A DNA stretch of 64,000 nucleotides, taken from a virus (taxonomy: Duplodnaviria; Caudoviricetes). The stretch spans positions 164,887-228,886 of the IMG/VR virus record IMGVR_UViG_3300029288_000066; one strand, given 5' to 3'. A model generated the notes under the pieces. The model saw only the letters and a program-made list of their open reading frames with translations, was not told the origin of the DNA and searched no databases. The position numbers and the translations under genes are program-made. This document shows, piece after piece, positions 57,756 through 64,000 of this stretch; positions within the stretch are counted from its first letter, which is position 1; every line of letters starts with the position of its first letter.

Positions 57756-59282
57756 ATGGAACAATTAAGAAAATTGATAAGAAAGACGTTGTTGGAAAAT
57801 TTCCTAATTAAGGAAAATTTAAAATATGTTGAAGACCATGCGGGCAATTCAGAGTCAGTCAAAGCAGGTGCCGAAGAATGGGCAATCGGCATTAATAATA
57901 GAGGAAAAAACATAAACTTCAACTTCACAAAAGACTCGTCAGATTTTAATAAAACGTCTTATATGTTGGAGATATTAATGTACGCAATAGCCTTCCAAAA
58001 TGAAGGAAAATTTACATTCCCCACAATTAACGTAACTGTTACAGTAAATCCCACAAACATAGCAGAAGGATTATCAACATTCTTTTTCCCATCATTTAAC
58101 TTAACTAAATTCGCCTACTTTATATCTAAAGGTGGTGATTTCTCCATAACAGCAGATGAATTAGAAAGACTTGACTCATATGATGTAATAGGAAAATTGG
58201 GGGATGTTTTAAATAATTTGCCAACAATTATAGAAAAATATTTAAAGACAAATTTTACTGCGGGGCAAAGCAATTTTTTCAACTACTTACAAACAGCATT
58301 AAGATACCCGCTGAGAGATTTAAGAAAAAAAGTTGTTAGACAACAGGCTTCGTCTTTAGATGACCCAATGGGTGACGGGAAGAAATCAAGGTCTGATATG
58401 ATGGCTGGAGATGAACATGGAGAAGATTCATACAATGATTTTAGCGTGTATAATGTAGTTGACACTGAAATGCCTTATAGACCAGATATTGGTCAAAAAA
58501 TCAGCCGAATTTTATCTTTAAATTACGATATATACGAATTAATTAGAAAACCATCTAATCATCAATTTTTTTATTATAGAATTATTGGAGAAGGCGGAAC
58601 TTCTAGCAAGTTTGGTCAAACCGTTACATATAAAGGAATAATACAAAAATATCTTAATGGAGACCTTGAACAAAACGCTCCAGAATTAAAAGATGACATA
58701 AGTAAAAAGGCCAAAGCTGCTGCAGGAAGATTTTTTGGTAAAAATCCAGAATTATTTCAAAAATTTAAAGCACAAAGTCCGCAATCTTTTAACGAGCAAG
58801 GAGAATTGATTGCTGATAAAAATTTAATTGGATTTCTTTTAAACTATGCAAAAGGAACAAAAGAAACTCCACTTATTTTGTTAAAAAGAATAAGAAGAGA
58901 TATTCAAGACTTTTTCGAAAATAACCCTATAAACACAGGGGCTCTTAATCAAATGGTTGCTGACGTTGGATTGGTAAATCCAAAAACAAATCAACCATTT
59001 TCAGGAATGGAATATCTGAATAACTTATTAAAATCAAGAACATCTGAAAAGGTGGTGCCAGAAAAGCCTGTTACAGTAAGTCCAGAAAAAGTAGAACTTG
59101 ATGAATCATTGAATGAAGAAATGATATACGAAGAATTAATTGGTGAAGGAGATGGCGATGAATTGTTCTCATTTAACGATATTTATAAAATAGCTAAAGC
59201 TACCGTAGATGCAAAAGACAACGCAATCCAAGAAACCAGAAATGCTATAAGAAAGATATTGGTTAAGAATTTCATCAAATAA
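57756..59282 (+). CDS. hypothetical protein with LRKLIRK and TRNAIRKIL motifs at both ends
   Basis: 508-aa ORF. Confidence 0.7.
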   Translation: MEQLRKLIRKTLLENFLIKENLKYVEDHAGNSESVKAGAEEWAIGINNRGKNINFNFTKDSSDFNKTSYMLEILMYAIAFQNEGKFTFPTINVTVTVNPTNIAEGLSTFFFPSFNLTKFAYFISKGGDFSITADELERLDSYDVIGKLGDVLNNLPTIIEKYLKTNFTAGQSNFFNYLQTALRYPLRDLRKKVVRQQASSLDDPMGDGKKSRSDMMAGDEHGEDSYNDFSVYNVVDTEMPYRPDIGQKISRILSLNYDIYELIRKPSNHQFFYYRIIGEGGTSSKFGQTVTYKGIIQKYLNGDLEQNAPELKDDISKKAKAAAGRFFGKNPELFQKFKAQSPQSFNEQGELIADKNLIGFLLNYAKGTKETPLILLKRIRRDIQDFFENNPINTGALNQMVADVGLVNPKTNQPFSGMEYLNNLLKSRTSEKVVPEKPVTVSPEKVELDESLNEEMIYEELIGEGDGDELFSFNDIYKIAKATVDAKDNAIQETRNAIRKILVKNFIK

Positions 59283-59339
59283 ATTGTTTTATAATGTAAC
59301 TAAATTCCATATTTTTCGTATACATTAAAAAAGAACATT

Positions 59340-59537
59340 ATGAAACCATTTGATATAAGAAAATTTGCAGGACAATTTGAGTTTAACAAAGGAATCATCA
59401 GAAATAGAAAAAAAGCTGAAGACCTAATTAAGCTTGGTTATAAACCAAACAGATTGTTATTACACTTCGTTGTTGACAATGATAGCTTACAATTTATCTT
59501 AGCTCAAATTGAGAACGATAAAATAAAGTATAACTAA
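59340..59537 (+). CDS. hypothetical protein
   Basis: ECF-type promoter at 59295-59322. Confidence 0.6.
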   Translation: MKPFDIRKFAGQFEFNKGIIRNRKKAEDLIKLGYKPNRLLLHFVVDNDSLQFILAQIENDKIKYN

Positions 59538-59565
59538 ACAAAAACGTCAAATGACGCTTTTTTAA

Positions 59566-59826
59566 TTATATAGGTGGATTTGTCACAAACCTTTCTTTAT
59601 AAACAATCACCGTCTTAAAGTCTGGATTATCTACAGCCGCCCAACTACCATCATTTTGTAATTTGTACATATTCAAATTTGAGTCGAATCTCAAAAGCTT
59701 ATCATAGTTAAGATTTTCTAAAATCCTATTTTCCTTCAAGCTTTTAACACGAATTACTGGAACTTCTTCATATTGTAATTTCTCTTCAAACATTTTATCC
59801 GCTTTTTCATAAAAAGTTTCACTCAT
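59566..59826 (-). CDS. hypothetical protein
   Basis: 86-aa ORF. Confidence 0.55.
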   Translation of the reverse strand: MSETFYEKADKMFEEKLQYEEVPVIRVKSLKENRILENLNYDKLLRFDSNLNMYKLQNDGSWAAVDNPDFKTVIVYKERFVTNPPI

Positions 59827-59837
59827 AATCTTTATTT

Positions 59838-60986
59838 TTAAATTAACTTCTTTTTTCTTAATTCTTTTGTTGGTAAAAGCAATTCTTCGTATCCACCAAG
59901 GGGCTCTCCAACATATTCATAACTATAACTTATTCTATCTTTTCTCTCAGCAGTGTGCTTTCCCTTCTCCCTGGTGCCCTTCCCAACATTTGCCCCCTTT
60001 CCGTTTGTCCCAGTTGCTTTCCATGAAGAAGACTTGCTTCTGTAAATTCCTAGCGCAGGATTTATGGTTCTAGTATATATCCTACGTCCATCTTGTTTTA
60101 AAATTGACGCTGTAAAATCACATATTCTTTGTCCTATTCCCATTCCTTGATAATCTGGCATTACCACTGTTCTGCTAAAAGAAACTGCATTTGCCCTACT
60201 TGCTCCAGGAGAGGATAAAACTACAATAATGCCCACAGGCTTTTCATTCCATTCAAATAAAAAAAATTTAGACCCTTTATTTACAGCTTCAGTTAAATAA
60301 TGATGCTTTTTAAAGAAGTCCCAAGTTTCATGCTCGACTCTACTAACTTGTAATTCGATTTTTGGCCTTCCTTGCCGAAGCCAGTCGCCTCTTTCGAGTA
60401 CGCCTCCCTTTTGTGGTGAACAGGTCCAGTCTGGCATTAGCCACTCCAAAATATCATAGTGACAACTTGCCAAAATTATACGCTTCTTTTCTCTACGTAC
60501 ATATTTCTGCAAGGCATAACTCATTGCTTTTGCCACATCTCTATCCACAACAGAAGTATACTCATCTACTAAAATTACATCCCCTTCTTTTGCACTTCCA
60601 ACCAAATATGCTAACATTGCCCTGTATTGTTCTCCATTACTTAAAACTCTAAATGGTCTTAACCATGTCGGAATAGAAGACAATCCCATAGATGTCAACA
60701 CAAGAGCTGCATCTTTTGGGGGCAAAAAATTGAAATTGCTTATCAGCGGCTTTTCTGGGTCAAAATTTACTTTTTTCATATCACCCAGGTTTTTTAAAAT
60801 AGCAGTTTTGCCACTTCCGCTTCCCCCCAAAATAACCCCAATATTCCATTCAAAATTCTTTGCTTCTCCTAAATACATAGGAATAGAGACAGACGTTTCT
60901 TCTCTGTTTTGAATATCAAATGTTTCATATACATATTCTGTATATTCATCATTGATAATTTTCGACCTTAACTCAATGTCTGCCAT
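59838..60986 (-). CDS. ABC-type ATPase fused to a GNAT acetyltransferase
   Basis: GGSGSGKT, LSNGEQYR, VDEYTS; VVMPDYQGMGIG. Confidence 0.82.
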   Translation of the reverse strand: MADIELRSKIINDEYTEYVYETFDIQNREETSVSIPMYLGEAKNFEWNIGVILGGSGSGKTAILKNLGDMKKVNFDPEKPLISNFNFLPPKDAALVLTSMGLSSIPTWLRPFRVLSNGEQYRAMLAYLVGSAKEGDVILVDEYTSVVDRDVAKAMSYALQKYVRREKKRIILASCHYDILEWLMPDWTCSPQKGGVLERGDWLRQGRPKIELQVSRVEHETWDFFKKHHYLTEAVNKGSKFFLFEWNEKPVGIIVVLSSPGASRANAVSFSRTVVMPDYQGMGIGQRICDFTASILKQDGRRIYTRTINPALGIYRSKSSSWKATGTNGKGANVGKGTREKGKHTAERKDRISYSYEYVGEPLGGYEELLLPTKELRKKKLI

Positions 60987-60994
60987 GTTATTTG

Positions 60995-61459
60995 CTAATA
61001 ATTTTTATACTTAAATTTGTCAATCAACTTTTCAAGCAAATCTTTTTTTAAATCCAGCACTGTTACAACAGATGGGACGACTTTTTCATCATATTCCCAC
61101 TTACAAGTTGTAGGAAACCAACCATAATCTACACTTTCATTTCCAATTTCACATTCACCTTTTAAATTTGGAACAAACTCATAGGGAAGAATTCCAACAT
61201 AAACATAAAAATTTAAATGATTATCTTTTTTTAAATATAGGACTTCTTTTGAAATTTTAACCACTCCTTCATATCCAGTTTCTTCCCTGAATTCTCTTAA
61301 TGCTGTAACTTTTGGATATCCGTCTTTTTCATCAAAAAAACCACCTGGAACACTCCAATAACCTGGAAATTTCATATCTTCTCTTCTTTTTAACATAAGA
61401 AATCTCCCTGTTTCTGGGCAAATAGCCATCAACCCTGCTGCTATAACTTTTTGTTCCAT
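60995..61459 (-). CDS. Nudix hydrolase
   Basis: PGG...ALREFREETG. Confidence 0.88.
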   Translation of the reverse strand: MEQKVIAAGLMAICPETGRFLMLKRREDMKFPGYWSVPGGFFDEKDGYPKVTALREFREETGYEGVVKISKEVLYLKKDNHLNFYVYVGILPYEFVPNLKGECEIGNESVDYGWFPTTCKWEYDEKVVPSVVTVLDLKKDLLEKLIDKFKYKNY

Positions 61460-61482
61460 ATTGTCTTTTATAATAAATAGGG

Positions 61483-62988
61483 TCAAAAATCATAAAGCAT
61501 ATAAAACAAACCATGCTTTGCCCTGGTCACAGCAACGTAATGAATATTCCTTGGCTCCACATCATCTTCATCTTTCAAATCGAATGATAATCTCAAAATT
61601 TGTTTGGGAGACAAAATTCTATCTAATCCAACTTCTTTTATTAATTCAGGGTCTACCGAGTTCACCACCACACAATACTCAAACTCTCTTCCCTTGCTTT
61701 TGTGTATAGAGGTTATAAGTTTTTTGCTTGTTTTATAAGTTTCAATAAAAGTAAAAACTTCCATTTCACTATCATTAAAAAACGGCTTTATCTTATCCAA
61801 CTTCTCCTGTAGGCCGACGTGAATATTGCCCTTTTTATATTCAATAAAATCATTGGGGGTTAAATAATTAAAATATCTCATTGGATACTTTAATTTTAAC
61901 AACTCAAACTCAAGCTTTTTTATTACCGCATTTGTCCTTACCAAAACTGCCACCTCAGAATGAGAATCCAATACAGTTATTAAATCCAACTTATTTTCGC
62001 CTTCTGGGGCTTTTATTTGATAGATAATGTATTTTTGGATGAATCCTTCATTTTTACTATTTGGCACTGCCATAAGCGACGAAAACCTGTTAGAATTTGA
62101 AATAATGCTCTTGTCGCTTCTGAAGTTTACAGAAAGAGTTTTTTCAATTGTTTCTCTTCTTGATTTTAGCATGGCCTCTATCTTCTTATGGTTTGACCCT
62201 CCGAACCCAAAAATTGCTTGATTTCTGTCTCCAATTAAATAATAATATTTAGCGTTTAATGCTAATAATATCTGCAACTGAATTGTGCTTGTATCTTGAT
62301 ATTCGTCAATAAAAATATAATCATATTTTCCCCTAAACATCTTCAGCCACTTATCTTCTTTCAACAAATCCCTTACTTCTATTAACATATCGGAAAAATC
62401 ACGACTTCTTGTCTCTCTTAAAAACTGATTATATTGTGTCAAAAATAATGGCACCACGCATTTTATATTGTCAGCCGTTTGGAGTTTATATGCTGATATT
62501 GTAGAAGAAATATATTCAGATTCTTCATAAAGGTTTCCTATGAGTTCGTAAAACTCAGTTTTGCTTTCACGGGAAGCTGTTTTGCCTGGTTTAAATTTTT
62601 CTTTATACCATTTTATGAAATCATAAAAAGTAATAATAGCTTTAAATTTTCCAGCCTTTGCAAGTATTCCCAACGCAAAAGCATGAATTGTTGTTATTTT
62701 AACGTCATCACGGCCAATTCTTTTTTGGAGCTCTTCCGTTGCAGCTTTTGTATAACTAAAGAATATCATTTTATCGGGGGGAACACCACGATTTAAAAGT
62801 TGTTTAAGTCGTTGTACTACGGAAAACGTTTTGCCAGAGCCTGCTGTGGCAATAAGCATTATTGATTTGTTTCCGTCATAATCAACGAAATCTATTTGTT
62901 CCTCTGTGTAATTAATTCTATCAAGTGTGTTGATAAAACTAAGCTGTTGCTCGTCTTCAATAGAAAGATTTTTTTTTCTTTTAACCAT
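61483..62988 (-). CDS. UvrD/Rep-family helicase
   Basis: ATAGSGKT, DEYQD, GDRNQAI, HKSKGREF, YVAVTRAK. Confidence 0.9.
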   Translation of the reverse strand: MVKRKKNLSIEDEQQLSFINTLDRINYTEEQIDFVDYDGNKSIMLIATAGSGKTFSVVQRLKQLLNRGVPPDKMIFFSYTKAATEELQKRIGRDDVKITTIHAFALGILAKAGKFKAIITFYDFIKWYKEKFKPGKTASRESKTEFYELIGNLYEESEYISSTISAYKLQTADNIKCVVPLFLTQYNQFLRETRSRDFSDMLIEVRDLLKEDKWLKMFRGKYDYIFIDEYQDTSTIQLQILLALNAKYYYLIGDRNQAIFGFGGSNHKKIEAMLKSRRETIEKTLSVNFRSDKSIISNSNRFSSLMAVPNSKNEGFIQKYIIYQIKAPEGENKLDLITVLDSHSEVAVLVRTNAVIKKLEFELLKLKYPMRYFNYLTPNDFIEYKKGNIHVGLQEKLDKIKPFFNDSEMEVFTFIETYKTSKKLITSIHKSKGREFEYCVVVNSVDPELIKEVGLDRILSPKQILRLSFDLKDEDDVEPRNIHYVAVTRAKHGLFYMLYDF

Positions 62989-63192
62989 TTAAAATATTCT
63001 GTTTAAGTATTTCTTCTATGTTTTTAATTTCATCTATTTTATAAAAAATCTTTTACAATTTCTCCTCCAAAAAAGCCACACCACTTTAGTTTTTAAAATT
63101 ATTAATTTATATGAAAATAATTAAACAAAGTTACAAATATTTGTTAAATAAACAAAATTTTTATATATTTATAAATAAACGGATAAACAATT

Positions 63193-63351
63193 ATGGCAAA
63201 AGGGACTCATTTTGTAATCAGAACAGACCAAATTTTTAAAGACAAATTTAATCGTTTTTGTAAAAAAAGGAATTATATTCCAACTAAAAGAATAAGGGCG
63301 CTTATACAAATGGATATGGATAATAAAATAAAGATAGACCAGTGCAAGTAA
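63193..63351 (+). CDS. small ribbon-helix-helix-like protein (52 aa)
   Basis: HFVIRTDQIFKDKFNRFC...IRALIQ; read from the sequence. Confidence 0.55.
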   Translation: MAKGTHFVIRTDQIFKDKFNRFCKKRNYIPTKRIRALIQMDMDNKIKIDQCK

Positions 63352-64000
63352 TCCGCTCATATAAATATAAGTTGTATAATAACAGCCGAAGGAATGAGGT
63401 ATTGGTTCAGGATATAGAATTATATTCTGAGGTATACAATCATTGTGTCGCTTTATATAATAGGTATTATAAATTATACAAGAGACATCTTGGAAAGTAT
63501 GACCTGCAGAGGCATCTCACGAAGATTAAGCACAGATATATGACTAGGTGGGAAGATTTGGGTTCCCAGGCAGTTCAGAACATCACAGACCGTCTGGACA
63601 GGTCATATAAATTGTTTTTCTCGAATTTAAAGAGGAAGGTAAGATGTTCTCCTCCATCATTTAAAGGAAGACGCCATTATAAATCATTCACTTTAAAACA
63701 ATGTGGTTATAAACTTGACCAAAAGGAGAATGAAATCATCATAAACAAAAGAAAATACAAATATTTTAACAGCAGAGATTTCGAAGGGAAAATAAAGTCC
63801 TTAACTGTAAAAAGGAATCACAAAGGAGAGATTTATATCATTTTTTCTGTGGAGCAAGAGATGAAACTGAAGATTGGATTCGAGACGGGTAAAATCGCTG
63901 GATTCGATTTTGGTTTGGGAACATTTCTTGTGGACAGCGAAGGAAAAGAGTTTATTTCTCCGCAATATTTAAATAACTCATTTGAGAAACTGAAGGTTTT
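63342..64000 (+). CDS. tnpB: second TnpB copy, runs off the window
   Basis: GTG-QVIRSYKYKLYNNSRRNEVL; closely similar to 42255..43448. Confidence 0.88.
   Translation, partial: MQVIRSYKYKLYNNSRRNEVLVQDIELYSEVYNHCVALYNRYYKLYKRHLGKYDLQRHLTKIKHRYMTRWEDLGSQAVQNITDRLDRSYKLFFSNLKRKVRCSPPSFKGRRHYKSFTLKQCGYKLDQKENEIIINKRKYKYFNSRDFEGKIKSLTVKRNHKGEIYIIFSVEQEMKLKIGFETGKIAGFDFGLGTFLVDSEGKEFISPQYLNNSFEKLKV

Noticed and set aside
1-64000. Genome-wide TAG recoding (code 15), suggested by the CUA tRNA
   Set aside because: Long ORFs are intact under code 11 and recognisable proteins end at TAG at their expected C-termini.

Overview
This AT-rich, gene-dense window looks like part of a very large (jumbo-class) phage infecting Bacteroidota. 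The host call rests on TAnnTTTG host-type promoters and a T9SS type-B-sorted protein. Standard code 11 is used. The window holds two minus-strand tRNA operons and a lone CUA-anticodon tRNA, several homing-type endonucleases, a cas1/2-less type I-B CRISPR-Cas locus with an atypical 36-nt-repeat/30-nt-spacer array, two TnpB copies, Ro60/Rsr, SRP RNA, a ~760-nt GOLLD-like RNA, ClpC-like ATPase, SSB, UvrD, sirtuin and Nudix genes. Main finding: each tRNA operon is preceded by an unannotated leader peptide, antiterminator and terminator. The regulatory codons match the anticodons of the tRNAs downstream (S/R/W for one operon; D/G/A/Y/M/P for the other), which suggests attenuators that switch on replacement tRNAs when host tRNAs fail. 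Second finding: a seven-member Y-RNA-like family with a shared stem and different circularly permuted tRNA cargoes, three members sitting directly upstream of rsr. All calls were made by eye; no searches or folding programs were run.
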